Below, one piece after another: positions 10,451 through 20,755 of a stretch of 64,000 nucleotides of DNA (the stretch's first letter is position 1; each line of letters opens with the position of its first letter). The translations under genes were made by a program, and so were the position numbers. The DNA lies in IMG/VR virus record IMGVR_UViG_3300045256_000567; one strand, given 5' to 3'. The DNA comes from a virus. A model generated the notes under the pieces. The model was not told the origin of the DNA, searched no databases, and saw only the letters and a list, made by a program, of their open reading frames with translations.

Positions 10451-11095
10451 TTAAATTTCTACATCAATTTGCAACATATATTCAGTAGTTATCACATCTT
10501 GTATTAATGGTATATTTGATCCTTCTGCTGGTTTTGTAGCAAATATTAACCTTTTTCCTACAACTTTAATATCTCTATAAAATAAAGCATGATTAATTAT
10601 TAATTTTTCATCTTGGTTGTCATTATAAGAATCTATATAAAAATCTGTTAAGCCCCTTTTTAAAAAATATTGCGTTTCTTGCGCCAAAAATAAAACTCTT
10701 ACTAATAAATCCCCTAAAATATCTCTATCTATAGGATCGAAAGACCATGTTAATACAGATATATTGAAATTTTCTAAATACCCGTATTTATCGCCCCTTA
10801 ATACGTTACCCAAATATTTTTGTAAGCTCTGATTATTTAATAAAACATTAACTCCTCTTTTATATTTAAACATTAAATTTGCATTATCACTATTTTGTCT
10901 AAATGCGGAGAAAAAGTTTTCAGTTGGGAAAGAAGTAGAAATGATTATAGAATCATTTAATTTTATATTCGAAAAAATATTTTTTAAATATTCAACTATT
11001 ATAAGTTTTGGATTTGCATAAGTAAAAACTTTCAAATCAGAATCTTTGTTTTCTCCAATAAATTTAAGATCGTTTAAAGAATAAGATTCAGCCAT
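10451..11095 (-). CDS. Putative tail terminator/neck protein
   Basis: Lies between the head and sheath genes; ISVLTWSFDPIDRDIL motif is like tail-completion proteins. Confidence 0.5.
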   Translation of the reverse strand: MAESYSLNDLKFIGENKDSDLKVFTYANPKLIIVEYLKNIFSNIKLNDSIIISTSFPTENFFSAFRQNSDNANLMFKYKRGVNVLLNNQSLQKYLGNVLRGDKYGYLENFNISVLTWSFDPIDRDILGDLLVRVLFLAQETQYFLKRGLTDFYIDSYNDNQDEKLIINHALFYRDIKVVGKRLIFATKPAEGSNIPLIQDVITTEYMLQIDVEI

Positions 11096-11097
11096 CC

Positions 11098-11763
11098 CTA
11101 GCCCCCGTTAACTTCTATTAGAATATTTTCTAATATTTTTTCAATATCTTCGTTTGAAGATGAGTTAATTTTATATTCTTTATTTATAGTAGATGTCACT
11201 TCAGTGTATTGTTTATCGTTAAGATTAATATCTTTATTTCCTTCCGCGACTCTGGTGGCTAAGTAGTGTGTAGATACTTTAAATGTTTTATAAAGCATTC
11301 CTGCTAACCAAATATCTTTTGGTTCGTTATCAACAAACACTATAGTAAATACTGTATTATTAGATGAAAAAATTTCAAATTTATCTCTAACTAGAAAGAT
11401 ACGATCTCCATTTTTGTATGTAAGCATTTTTACTGGAACTTCAGAAGGAACAACCATTCTAAATGTATCATACAATATGACACCTTCCCTCTGTTTTCTT
11501 GGCTCATCAGGATTATCAATTATAATTGCTCTTATTTCTTTAGGTTCATTATAAGTCACACCACTCCCTCCGCATATTGGACAGTTTATGGATGGGGTTA
11601 AGGTTCTTTCGTCTATACAAGGATTACCGTTAGGGAATTTATAATTACATACATTTGCAGAGTAATAATTTATTCTATAGCCACCCATAAAAAAGGCTTT
11701 TTCTATAATATTTTTAGAAATTTTATATAATCTTTCTGAAGGGAATTCTTTAAATTTAAACAT
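11098..11763 (-). CDS. Putative head-tail connector (neck) protein with Zn motif
   Basis: C..C..CPICGGSG motif as in Herelleviridae-type neck proteins; directly downstream of the capsid gene. Confidence 0.55.
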   Translation of the reverse strand: MFKFKEFPSERLYKISKNIIEKAFFMGGYRINYYSANVCNYKFPNGNPCIDERTLTPSINCPICGGSGVTYNEPKEIRAIIIDNPDEPRKQREGVILYDTFRMVVPSEVPVKMLTYKNGDRIFLVRDKFEIFSSNNTVFTIVFVDNEPKDIWLAGMLYKTFKVSTHYLATRVAEGNKDINLNDKQYTEVTSTINKEYKINSSSNEDIEKILENILIEVNGG

Positions 11764-11782
11764 TCTAAATATATATTAACTA

Positions 11783-11820
11783 AAAAAATAGAATAATCCG
11801 CCTATACGGGCGGATTATTC
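11783..11820 (-). terminator. Rho-independent terminator after the major capsid gene
   Basis: Plus-strand hairpin GAATAATCCGCC-TATACG-GGCGGATTATTC, followed on the minus strand by a T-tract. Confidence 0.85.
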
Positions 11821-11835
11821 ATTTGAATAACTAAT

Positions 11836-13251
11836 TTATACTATAGGTGATTGTCCTACGTTAACAATAATGAAGTTAAATTCTGGTGCTCTGGAGAATA
11901 CAGAAGCAACCTTCCATACTACATAGTCATGAGTTAGGGCAGGTGGTAGTCTATATAGCTCCATACCAATCCAGCTAGCCATTGTAGTTACATTGTAATC
12001 AAGTCCTAATACTGAACCAGTACCAGGAATCTTTTGCCATCTGTAAACTCCAGTAGGAGTAGTTACAGTTTCGTGACCATCATCAATCCAAGTAAAGTCA
12101 CCGTTAGTAGTAGATACCTTTACTCTCTTGTAAAACTTGTATTCGCTAGAATTTGGGTCTTGTCTATATACATCAAGCCACTTTACATTAGTTAGTCCGT
12201 GGAAGTCAAACTTTACAGCTTTGTTTGCGTCTGAAGTTGTAAAGCTTGCTGTAGCGTACTTTGCCGCACTCTCACCATAGAAGTTAGCGGCCTTAAATGC
12301 ATATCCATACGCAGTAGCGACGCTAGCGCTTCCTAGTCCTGTTGGGTAAGCGCTTGCTTGAAGTGATGGAGATGCGACGTCTATAGTCCAAGAAGAAGGT
12401 GGCGAAGCAAAGTCACCCACTTCAGCACCGAAGCGAGCGGGGTTAAACTTATGGAAATCACCAAGGAATTGAGAAGGATATAGAGTGTGTTCTCCACGAA
12501 TACCAATGTATGATTGAGCATCAGCACCAAGAAGACCGGCGCGTCTATCAGAAGTATTCATTACTCTTGCAATTTGATAGAAAGAAGCTTGTAGGTTTAG
12601 CTTGTCAATATAAGAAATAAATACTGCGGTTGGATTAGCGAATGCTTGAGTAGATACAACTTTAGATTCTGCTTCCCAAAGTAGGTCAATAGTTAGAGGA
12701 GCACCTTTAGCGTCAAGAACGTTTTGTGGAGCACCTCTCTTAATAATATTTACAAGTCCGTCTTGTTGTAGGTTGTTTGGAGACCCAGGAACATCGTCAC
12801 CAAGAGTGCTATCGCCATAGAAAGCTAAATATTCAAATTCGTTTGCTACAGCGATCATCTTTTCACGTTTAGCAAGTTCGTCAATTTGCATTACACCGTT
12901 TTGAGTGGTACGGGTAGCCAACTCAGTTACAGTAATACGGTGCCCAACAAGCATTGGCCTGATTCTTCTTCTTGCTACTTGTACCTCTACAGTTCTAGGT
13001 AGACCCCCCTCTCTAAAGGCAGCGAAACCAATTTTATCATGACGTGCAGTTACAACGTTGTATTCGTGCTCATAAGCACGAGCTTTTACAGAATTTTTAG
13101 AAAGCATGTCAGTAAGAGGAGTGTCTAGTACGTTTAGTTGAGTAAGCTCACCTTCTAAGTCCTCTCTTTCTAAACTTTCTGCTACTTGACCAGCGGCGTT
13201 TAGCGCCTTTAATGTTGCTTCATCTAAATGTTTTAAATGTTCATATGGCAT
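11836..13251 (-). CDS. Major capsid protein (HK97 fold, SPO1/Twort-like)
   Basis: TLKA|LNAAG..SLEREDLE, EYLAFYGDS, QDGL..II and VLDAKGAPLT motifs; strong RBS, biased codons and its own terminator. Confidence 0.88.
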   Translation of the reverse strand: MPYEHLKHLDEATLKALNAAGQVAESLEREDLEGELTQLNVLDTPLTDMLSKNSVKARAYEHEYNVVTARHDKIGFAAFREGGLPRTVEVQVARRRIRPMLVGHRITVTELATRTTQNGVMQIDELAKREKMIAVANEFEYLAFYGDSTLGDDVPGSPNNLQQDGLVNIIKRGAPQNVLDAKGAPLTIDLLWEAESKVVSTQAFANPTAVFISYIDKLNLQASFYQIARVMNTSDRRAGLLGADAQSYIGIRGEHTLYPSQFLGDFHKFNPARFGAEVGDFASPPSSWTIDVASPSLQASAYPTGLGSASVATAYGYAFKAANFYGESAAKYATASFTTSDANKAVKFDFHGLTNVKWLDVYRQDPNSSEYKFYKRVKVSTTNGDFTWIDDGHETVTTPTGVYRWQKIPGTGSVLGLDYNVTTMASWIGMELYRLPPALTHDYVVWKVASVFSRAPEFNFIIVNVGQSPIV

Positions 13252-13310
13252 ATTTCTTTATACCTCCCTTAATAAATAATAACGCATGTATTTGAATATT
13301 TTTCACAAAA

Positions 13311-14876
13311 CTACTCCGAAATCTTTTTCTTAGATTTATAGTTCCTATAAATTAACTCAAATTCATTTTGATCTAAGTCGTATGCTGATTTTACGTACTC
13401 TACAAGCTCCTTTTTCTTTTCGCTAATTTGATATGGACTTCCTTTAAAATCAAGGAATTCTTGCATTCTTCTCTCTAGATCATTTACTTTAGACTTATTT
13501 GAAATAATAGATTTCACTTTTTGTTCAAAATTTTGGTCCATTAACCCTATTTCGGGATGAGAAGAATTTACTCCTACCTTAAATGATTTTGTAGTAGGAA
13601 TATTTTTTACTTCTTCTTGTAAAGATCCTAGACTTTTTGTTACGTTAGAAACTTCCTTAGAAACAAATTCTTTTACTTCATTTAATAAAGCAGATTTTAG
13701 TGATTCAAATTTTTCATCAAGACTATTTGTATTATTATAATTTTTTGCTGATTCCAGTTGATATTCAATAAGATCAACAGCACTCTTTAATGTTTTTTCT
13801 ATAGAAAAAAGATGAGATTCTATTTTTTCCATCCTGTTTAATACAGATTTTAATTCTTCGGTACCTACAGAAGGTGTTTCTTCAATTTCTTCTGTTTCTT
13901 GTTTTTCTGGTCCTCTATTTAATACATCATTTAACTTTTCTTCAATAAAATCTAGTTTGTCCAGAATATAATTAAACATTACTTTTTCTTCTTCAGATTT
14001 TTCTAAGTCTTCTTCAACTTCAGTTTCTTCTTTATTTTCCATTTCATCTTCTGGTTTTTGATCCATATTTTCTAGTTCTCTATTTTCATTGTTTTCTTCT
14101 TCTGGAGATTCGTCAGATAGATCTAAACTTAATTTATCTTTTTCATCGAGGTTTTCTTCTTTATTTTTTAGTCTGTCCTTTAATTTTTCTTCCATGTTTT
14201 TATCCTCCAACGCTTTTTCTATAGTATTATATAAACTTTTTAAGATTTTTACATAAGTATTTATATTTATTGGTTGACCAGTAACAGACACCTCATAAAG
14301 TCTCATTTTTGGTGGTACATTTACATATGAATTACCAATTACTTTTGTAGTAGGTTTCCCCATAGGAATTGCCCCTATAGACAAACCTATTTTATTAAAA
14401 AATCTATTATCATCGTTTGTTAAATGCTTATAAACTTTTTGAGCCAATTCATGATTTTTATCTAAAAGTATCCAAACGTAAAGTTTATTTTCATGAATTT
14501 CTGCGGCTATAGGTTTACCTATTGGAACGTCTATATCAAGGTGCTTGTTTTTATCGCCAGCATGTTTGTATCCATGCTCATAAAAAATTTTTCCATTTTC
14601 TACAAACTCTCTTAAAGAATCTCCAAAAGCATATTGCATATCAAGTATTGAATCATTTACTAAATCAACATCAGGGGTAGAAGCTGTACCAAAAAGAATC
14701 CAATCTCCAGGAATTACACTAATTTTATCGTTTTTTACAAAAATGTCTCCTTTTATTGGTTTTATTTCTGGAGTAACATTGTTATATGAATTTTCTGTAA
14801 CGTTATTTTCAGAAGGAAATGATTGTAAAGCTTTAAATGAAGCGTATAAAGGTATATGAACTATGTTATTTTTCAT
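13311..14876 (-). CDS. Prohead protease fused to an acidic coiled-coil scaffold
   Basis: GTASTPDVDLVND, IFYEH, PIG, GLSIG and LYEVSVTGQPIN are HK97-type protease motifs; E/K-rich C-terminal half; directly upstream of the capsid gene. Confidence 0.85.
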   Translation of the reverse strand: MKNNIVHIPLYASFKALQSFPSENNVTENSYNNVTPEIKPIKGDIFVKNDKISVIPGDWILFGTASTPDVDLVNDSILDMQYAFGDSLREFVENGKIFYEHGYKHAGDKNKHLDIDVPIGKPIAAEIHENKLYVWILLDKNHELAQKVYKHLTNDDNRFFNKIGLSIGAIPMGKPTTKVIGNSYVNVPPKMRLYEVSVTGQPININTYVKILKSLYNTIEKALEDKNMEEKLKDRLKNKEENLDEKDKLSLDLSDESPEEENNENRELENMDQKPEDEMENKEETEVEEDLEKSEEEKVMFNYILDKLDFIEEKLNDVLNRGPEKQETEEIEETPSVGTEELKSVLNRMEKIESHLFSIEKTLKSAVDLIEYQLESAKNYNNTNSLDEKFESLKSALLNEVKEFVSKEVSNVTKSLGSLQEEVKNIPTTKSFKVGVNSSHPEIGLMDQNFEQKVKSIISNKSKVNDLERRMQEFLDFKGSPYQISEKKKELVEYVKSAYDLDQNEFELIYRNYKSKKKISE

Positions 14877-14892
14877 ATTATATATAAATTAT

Positions 14893-14915
14893 AACACACG
14901 TTTGCAGAAAACCTA
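14893..14915 (+). mobile_element. IS200/IS605 left-end scar overlapping the protease promoter (TGTTATAAT on the minus strand)
   Basis: TTAT|AACACACGTTTGCAGAAAACCTA matches the left ends at 16213, 54074 and 58036 up to the first 4 nt of the hairpin. Confidence 0.7.
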
Positions 14916-14935
14916 TGTATTTTAAAAAGAAATTT

Positions 14936-15292
14936 TTAGTCTTCTTTTAAATCCTTAAAAAAGTTCGGAAGATTATTAAACAAATCAATTAAGGGATTAT
15001 TTTTGTCTAAAAATCCTTCTAATGATAAATTACCATTAAAAGAAGATAAAGATGTAATACCAAAAGAAATTCTTGTACTTAAGGTTTCATCAAAACCATA
15101 AGTTACAACAGTAACTGTTTTAGAACAATCTCTTATGACACTAAACTGTCTATTGATAACTGACATTATTGCAATATTCCCAAGAGGAGAATCACTATTT
15201 AATAAAGTAGTTATTCCATATAAAGGAACTGTTGGATAATAATTGTTAAAAAATGATACATTTATAGCTGGCATTTTAGGCGTATGGTGCAA
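14936..15292 (-). CDS. Hypothetical protein (start possibly at the second Met, MPAINV)
   Basis: 118-aa ORF within the structural operon. Confidence 0.55.
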   Translation of the reverse strand: MHHTPKMPAINVSFFNNYYPTVPLYGITTLLNSDSPLGNIAIMSVINRQFSVIRDCSKTVTVVTYGFDETLSTRISFGITSLSSFNGNLSLEGFLDKNNPLIDLFNNLPNFFKDLKED

Positions 15293-16196
15293 ATGTGAAA
15301 TTTAGAAGTACTCTTTTTGTTGGAGCGTCCTCACTTATATATCTAAATAATAAAAATGGATAATACGTTTGGTTTCTAAATGGTGGGACATTGTTATATT
15401 GTGGTTTTAAATTGACAGGGCCATTATTTTCACTTACCGAAGTTATGCTTGTTTGACCATAATTGATTAAATTTTGTACAGCCAAAACAAAATTTCCAGT
15501 AGTGGGGTCTATATTATCCATAAAATCATTTGTATTATTTGATTGAAGAACAGAAAATCTATATTTAATAATTTGATTAAAAAATCCCAACTGATTTGAA
15601 TATGTTGGATTATTTGTAAGAAACATAGTATTGTAGGAGTTAGAGGTACCAGCTATAGCATTTAAATATGCTGGTTTAGATGGATCATTAATTACGGTTT
15701 GGTGTATTATAGGTGCTGCAATAAAAATTCCATAATCTGGTGTACACCTTGAAGTATCAACAGAAAAAATTGGATTTGAAAGTATAAAATTGTTTTCGTT
15801 ATCTACGTTTGGATCTATTACTGTTGTATTAACAAAATACAATACTATAAAATCTATGTAATATCTTTTTCCATTAATTATATAAGGCCCATATCCATTA
15901 CATGATATGTTATCTGGAGAGGTTAAGCATGCAGAACTTCCTACATATAGATTCGAATTATTAAATTGCTTTATAAATTCCAAAAATTTTATCTTATATG
16001 ATGTTGTATCTTTATAGCCTATTAATTGAACATTTACTTTTTTTGAAGGATCTGGAAGTCCAATACTATTTAATTCATTTACATACGCCCATTCATAATT
16101 TGGATTTAATTGAGATGTTGTATTTATTATTATAGACCCCATTGGATCTATTACCGTATTTTGTCCATAAAATAGTGAAAATGTTTTGTCTGGCAT
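15276..16196 (-). CDS. Hypothetical virion structural protein
   Basis: 306 aa, N/P/T-rich, in the structural cluster. Confidence 0.6.
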   Translation of the reverse strand: MPDKTFSLFYGQNTVIDPMGSIIINTTSQLNPNYEWAYVNELNSIGLPDPSKKVNVQLIGYKDTTSYKIKFLEFIKQFNNSNLYVGSSACLTSPDNISCNGYGPYIINGKRYYIDFIVLYFVNTTVIDPNVDNENNFILSNPIFSVDTSRCTPDYGIFIAAPIIHQTVINDPSKPAYLNAIAGTSNSYNTMFLTNNPTYSNQLGFFNQIIKYRFSVLQSNNTNDFMDNIDPTTGNFVLAVQNLINYGQTSITSVSENNGPVNLKPQYNNVPPFRNQTYYPFLLFRYISEDAPTKRVLLNFTFAPYA

Positions 16197-16212
16197 ATTC
16201 TAAAACAATTAT

Positions 16213-16409
16213 AGCACAGTTTGCAGAAAGCCTACACCTTTATGTGTAGGATGAATGCAAACAAATTTGGATACGTACCTATACCTGCACCAAATGCAAC
16301 ACAACCCTTCATCGGGATATTGCAGCAGCACAAAATATCTTGGCTAAGGCTCTGACAAAGTCTTCGCTTCTTGCGAGAAGCCCAATTCTTTAGAATTGGG
16401 AGTCGTCAC
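16213..16409 (+). mobile_element. Non-autonomous IS605-family miniature element: left end + 3' tip of tnpB/omegaRNA + right end
   Basis: Follows TTAT. LE hairpin CCTACAC-CTTTAT-GTGTAGG. The interior translates as IWIRTYTCTKCNTTLHRDIAAAQNILAKAL (TnpB second CxxC plus RuvC-III). RE is GAAG-CCCAATTC-TTTA-GAATTGGG-AGTCG-TCAC. Confidence 0.9.
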
Positions 16410-16410
16410 A

Positions 16411-18459
16411 TCACATGGCGCTTAAAGAAAATTTAATATTAAAATTATTTTGAGTCTCTTTATTATTTAACAAAATAAGAAGTATGTATGTAAGATATGC
16501 ATTTGTATTTAAATTTCTTATAGCTAAGCTTATAGTTGTAGAATTTGTTGAAAAGAAGTATAAATTTTCAATTTTACTTGATAAAAGTTTCATGTAGGTG
16601 TGTATATAATTTAAATAATTTGTTTTAGTAGATAAATTTGGATAAATAATAATATTCCCATATTGATTTTGTACTGCTCTAAAAATTCTAGAATCTATCT
16701 CTAAAGTCGAATTATTACTAAGGTTTGCAGTTATATATGGATATGGAAATGCGGCGACTACATTAGAACCATTTAATAAAATTTTGTTATTTATATTAGT
16801 CGGTGCAGATGAAGTAGTAAATTGTACTATATATTTTCCCTTTAAATAATCTATTACCATTGATTGATTAGTCAAACCAAATTGATTAAAAAGTGAACTT
16901 AAGTTAATGTTAAAAAGGGTATTAGTTGCAAAACTGTTCCAAAAACCGTTAATAAAAATCTTATTAAACAAAGCGTTGATATCTGTAGAAGAATTTACTA
17001 AGGATAAGGTATTTGCATTGAAATTATAAAAAACTTCGGATATATATCTTGCTAAATTTGAAAAATATGCATATAATAAAGGTGTTATAGATGTAATGTT
17101 ATTAATAGATATAAACATATCTTTACCAGATAGAGAATAAAAGATTGTAGATATAGTAAGGGTCAATATGAAATCTAATTCGTAAGAATCATCAAGATTA
17201 TTAAAGTTATTTATTTTTTCGGTCGCATCAACATAATAAGTAATATGAGAATCTAACCAATTCTCTAAAGAAGTTAGTGATGTGGGTATTGTAGATATAT
17301 ACCCTTTATTTTGTAGTTTATATACAAACTGTACAAAAAATTTAGAAATTAAATAAAAAGAAACGAAATATTTATTTTTTTCATCTTCAGAAATATTTGC
17401 GCCATAAAAAACTCCGTTTGCTAGATCTATATTTTGTTTAATTACGTTGTTAGAAAAGCCATTTGAAAGAAGACTATAAAGTAAATTTGATATTTTTTCA
17501 ACATTATTATATGCAGTTGTAGCATAATATCCAAGATTAATTAAATATGGCTTTGTAATTTCATATATGACAAAATACAAAAGATTTTTAAAATATTCTT
17601 TTGAATTTATTACTCCAAGTACTGAATTTGTCTGTAAATTTAATGTATTAAATATTATATTTGTAGAAAAGAACGGAAAAGTACCAGAAGATACTGTAGA
17701 AATTAGACAATTAGAAAGTATATTTTTTTCATAGTTTAAAACAAATGAGTTTAAAGATCCGTTTGCTTCTTTTTCTAATCCATTCGCGACTAACTGAAGA
17801 AGGAGAAGATTTTTTATATCCCAATTATTATTTTGTAATGAACCTGGATTAATTAAGAATAAAACATCCCCAAGTGCATAAGACTCATAAAACTTCGACA
17901 AATAAAAATTATAATCGCTTTCTAAAATAGAGACAAAAGATTTAGAAGAATCGTATAAAATTTTTTCTATTCTGTAAAATTTATTTCTTGAAAAATTCTC
18001 TGAAGATTCTACTTCTTGATAATAAACAGAAAAATTTATATTAGCTTCTTCTTGTGGCTTTATTGAATACGGAACCAAAAGAAATTTATTTTGTAATTCA
18101 TCGCTATTGCTAAAATTTATTATTAAATCTATATCATCAGAAAAAATAACTCCAATATATGAATCTCCAGAAATAGCATTATTATCAGAGGAGAACACTA
18201 CGGATGAGCTATTGTTTACGGTTGCATTTATATAAACAGGCTTATTATCTGATGGGAATATAGAAGGAGACATGCTAACTTTAAAGACTAAAGTTTTTGG
18301 GTATCCGGGAGAATTAATTGGCAAATTATTTTTTATGTTAATAGTAAAGTTGAGATTTGAAGTATCTTCGTCTAATGGAACAAAATATTGATAATATTCA
18401 GTATCAAAATCAAGTTCTTCGGTTACCCCATTTTCTGTTATTAATTTAAGTCTAAACAT
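16411..18459 (-). CDS. Hypothetical structural protein
   Basis: 682-aa ORF overlapping the previous gene in the baseplate-region operon. Confidence 0.7.
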   Translation of the reverse strand: MFRLKLITENGVTEELDFDTEYYQYFVPLDEDTSNLNFTINIKNNLPINSPGYPKTLVFKVSMSPSIFPSDNKPVYINATVNNSSSVVFSSDNNAISGDSYIGVIFSDDIDLIINFSNSDELQNKFLLVPYSIKPQEEANINFSVYYQEVESSENFSRNKFYRIEKILYDSSKSFVSILESDYNFYLSKFYESYALGDVLFLINPGSLQNNNWDIKNLLLLQLVANGLEKEANGSLNSFVLNYEKNILSNCLISTVSSGTFPFFSTNIIFNTLNLQTNSVLGVINSKEYFKNLLYFVIYEITKPYLINLGYYATTAYNNVEKISNLLYSLLSNGFSNNVIKQNIDLANGVFYGANISEDEKNKYFVSFYLISKFFVQFVYKLQNKGYISTIPTSLTSLENWLDSHITYYVDATEKINNFNNLDDSYELDFILTLTISTIFYSLSGKDMFISINNITSITPLLYAYFSNLARYISEVFYNFNANTLSLVNSSTDINALFNKIFINGFWNSFATNTLFNINLSSLFNQFGLTNQSMVIDYLKGKYIVQFTTSSAPTNINNKILLNGSNVVAAFPYPYITANLSNNSTLEIDSRIFRAVQNQYGNIIIYPNLSTKTNYLNYIHTYMKLLSSKIENLYFFSTNSTTISLAIRNLNTNAYLTYILLILLNNKETQNNFNIKFSLSAM

Positions 18460-20737
18460 ATATTTTGCTAAAAAGTAGGGATTGGGTGTCTATATTAGAT
18501 ACTGAAAATAAAATTGGATTGAAATTACCTGTAAAGTTCGCAATAGATAGAGTATTAGATAAATTATTATCTATTTTTATTAAGATATCTAAAGCATTTG
18601 TGGTCGTATTTTGAGAAAAATTAAGTAAAACAAAATGTAAAGAACTGGAGGAAAGAGTAAATGTAACAGAATTTGCTGGAGTAGATGCATCTGTGACTGT
18701 AAACGTTCCAGAAGAAAAAGATATATTAACAAGAGATGTGTAAGTAGGTAATAAATTTAATTTTCCATCAATAGAAATATTTGCATTAAAACTTTTTTCA
18801 CTAAAAATAAACGATAAAAAGTTAGAAAATTCAAAAACATTACCAGCGGAAGAGTTTGATGGTACTTCATATAATCCATACCCAACATCATTAGTAGAAT
18901 GAAGAGAAGGTTCTAAAGAAGTTAATACGTTGTTAATTGTGTCTTTATTGTATAGAGAAATTTTTGGGTATCTGTTTATAAAATCTTTTTTAGGTCCATT
19001 TATCGCATTTAAGGTCCAGGGTGATACTGTGGCGTTTAGGAAAAACTCAAAAGTTTCAACAGGTGAATCTACAATAAAATCTACAAAAAAATTATTTTTT
19101 GCTTTTAGGTAAGCAATAGATGCATTATTGGGAGAATTATACACATAAGGACTACTAGACGTATTCAATGTTAAATCTAAAAAAGACAGATCACTATATA
19201 GATTTGGTGTTACCGGTAGTAGATTACACAAAATATTTGTATTTGGTGGAGTACAGAATGGAGTAAGTTCATATAAATCATCAATAAACTTTATATCGTA
19301 ATAGTTTTTAAAGTCAATATTAGTTGAAGATACAGTCTTTTTCCACGCATAACGAGATGACGTTATAAGAATACTTTTATTAATTATGTCTTGAGGAAGT
19401 AAACCAAATAAACTTTCTAAGTTATAACTAAAGATAAATGTAGTTTCTTTCAATAAACCAAATATATAAATTAAATAATCCTTAATATCTTTAAAATTAA
19501 CAACAGTAGTACCATCAACTTTTAAATATGAAGATTCTATTTGGAATCCTAAATTACAAAAGGTTTCTAATTTTTCATTTAATAAATTATTGTACAACGC
19601 ATTCATTAAATTAGATAGAGAGAATGAAGAAGTATCTATATATTTGTTAAATACAATTAGAATAACCGGCTTTGGAAGATTTTTTCTAGTTGAATTTAAA
19701 TAAGAATTTTTAACAGTTTTTAAAAACGATTTTATATTTGTTATATTATTCAGGAAATTTTGAAAATCAATTGGGACTATAAAGTAATCATATCCTTTAT
19801 CTTTTATACTTTGAACTGTATATATGAAGTTTGTTATATTTTGTGTAGAATTATTGATAAATAAATTAATGAATGCTTGGCTTATTATAAATGCGGCATT
19901 ATTATCAGTTTTAGAGGAAAACAGATGTATTGGAATATTGTCTTCTATTGCGCTTAATCTAGAATTTATATCACTTAAAGTAGTAGATAGATTAGGTGGA
20001 ATATTATTTATTTGAGATGTTAGTAAAGAAATGCTACTATTTATTGGATTAAGTGCGTTATTTAAATCATTTTGAGTTATATACCCACCGTTGGCAATTC
20101 CAGTAATCGCATTTTCTAAATTATATAACCTTTGCAATATGGGAAGTCTGCTAGGATTGTTAGGATCATCAGGAGAAAAACTGCTTCCAAATATTTCAAA
20201 ATAAGATGGCGATATTTTATTTATGTTTAAATTATTTACATTGTTAATTAACCCGTTTAATTGAGATAACAAGTTATTTATATTTGTTTGTATGGTAGTA
20301 ATTGTATTTGTAGATGAAATAGCAGAATCTATATCAGAAGATGTATATGATATACCAGACCAAAGAACTTTATTAGTTGGGTCAATGAAAGACGAAAAAC
20401 TAAAAAGCTTAACCCAAGCTGCGTTTGTGTTTAATATTGCTGGGTATGTATTTGGGTTAGTTACTACGCTATAATCAATGGAGTTTGCATTTACTAATCC
20501 AGATGGTAAAGAAATTAGATTCTTCCAGTTTGTTATATCAATTTTGAATTGAGACAGACCTTGAAGGTTTTCTAGAGATGTAGTATTTATATATGAAGAA
20601 GTTCCTAAAATTCTTTTTATTACAGTTCTAATTATATTTATATCATCAGAAATAGTTTGAGAAGGAAACGGTAAAGTTAAGTTGTCATTTACCGGTACTT
20701 GATATACTTCAATTGGTTCTAAGTGTCCGATTGGCAT
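18452..20737 (-). CDS. Putative tail fibre/baseplate protein with coiled-coil segment
   Basis: 761 aa; heptad region (IQTNINNLLSQLNGL..LSDINSRLSAIE) and a beta-rich C-terminus. Confidence 0.55.
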   Translation of the reverse strand: MPIGHLEPIEVYQVPVNDNLTLPFPSQTISDDINIIRTVIKRILGTSSYINTTSLENLQGLSQFKIDITNWKNLISLPSGLVNANSIDYSVVTNPNTYPAILNTNAAWVKLFSFSSFIDPTNKVLWSGISYTSSDIDSAISSTNTITTIQTNINNLLSQLNGLINNVNNLNINKISPSYFEIFGSSFSPDDPNNPSRLPILQRLYNLENAITGIANGGYITQNDLNNALNPINSSISLLTSQINNIPPNLSTTLSDINSRLSAIEDNIPIHLFSSKTDNNAAFIISQAFINLFINNSTQNITNFIYTVQSIKDKGYDYFIVPIDFQNFLNNITNIKSFLKTVKNSYLNSTRKNLPKPVILIVFNKYIDTSSFSLSNLMNALYNNLLNEKLETFCNLGFQIESSYLKVDGTTVVNFKDIKDYLIYIFGLLKETTFIFSYNLESLFGLLPQDIINKSILITSSRYAWKKTVSSTNIDFKNYYDIKFIDDLYELTPFCTPPNTNILCNLLPVTPNLYSDLSFLDLTLNTSSSPYVYNSPNNASIAYLKAKNNFFVDFIVDSPVETFEFFLNATVSPWTLNAINGPKKDFINRYPKISLYNKDTINNVLTSLEPSLHSTNDVGYGLYEVPSNSSAGNVFEFSNFLSFIFSEKSFNANISIDGKLNLLPTYTSLVNISFSSGTFTVTDASTPANSVTFTLSSSSLHFVLLNFSQNTTTNALDILIKIDNNLSNTLSIANFTGNFNPILFSVSNIDTQSLLFSKIYV

Positions 20738-20755
20738 ATGCTACCTAAAAAAATT

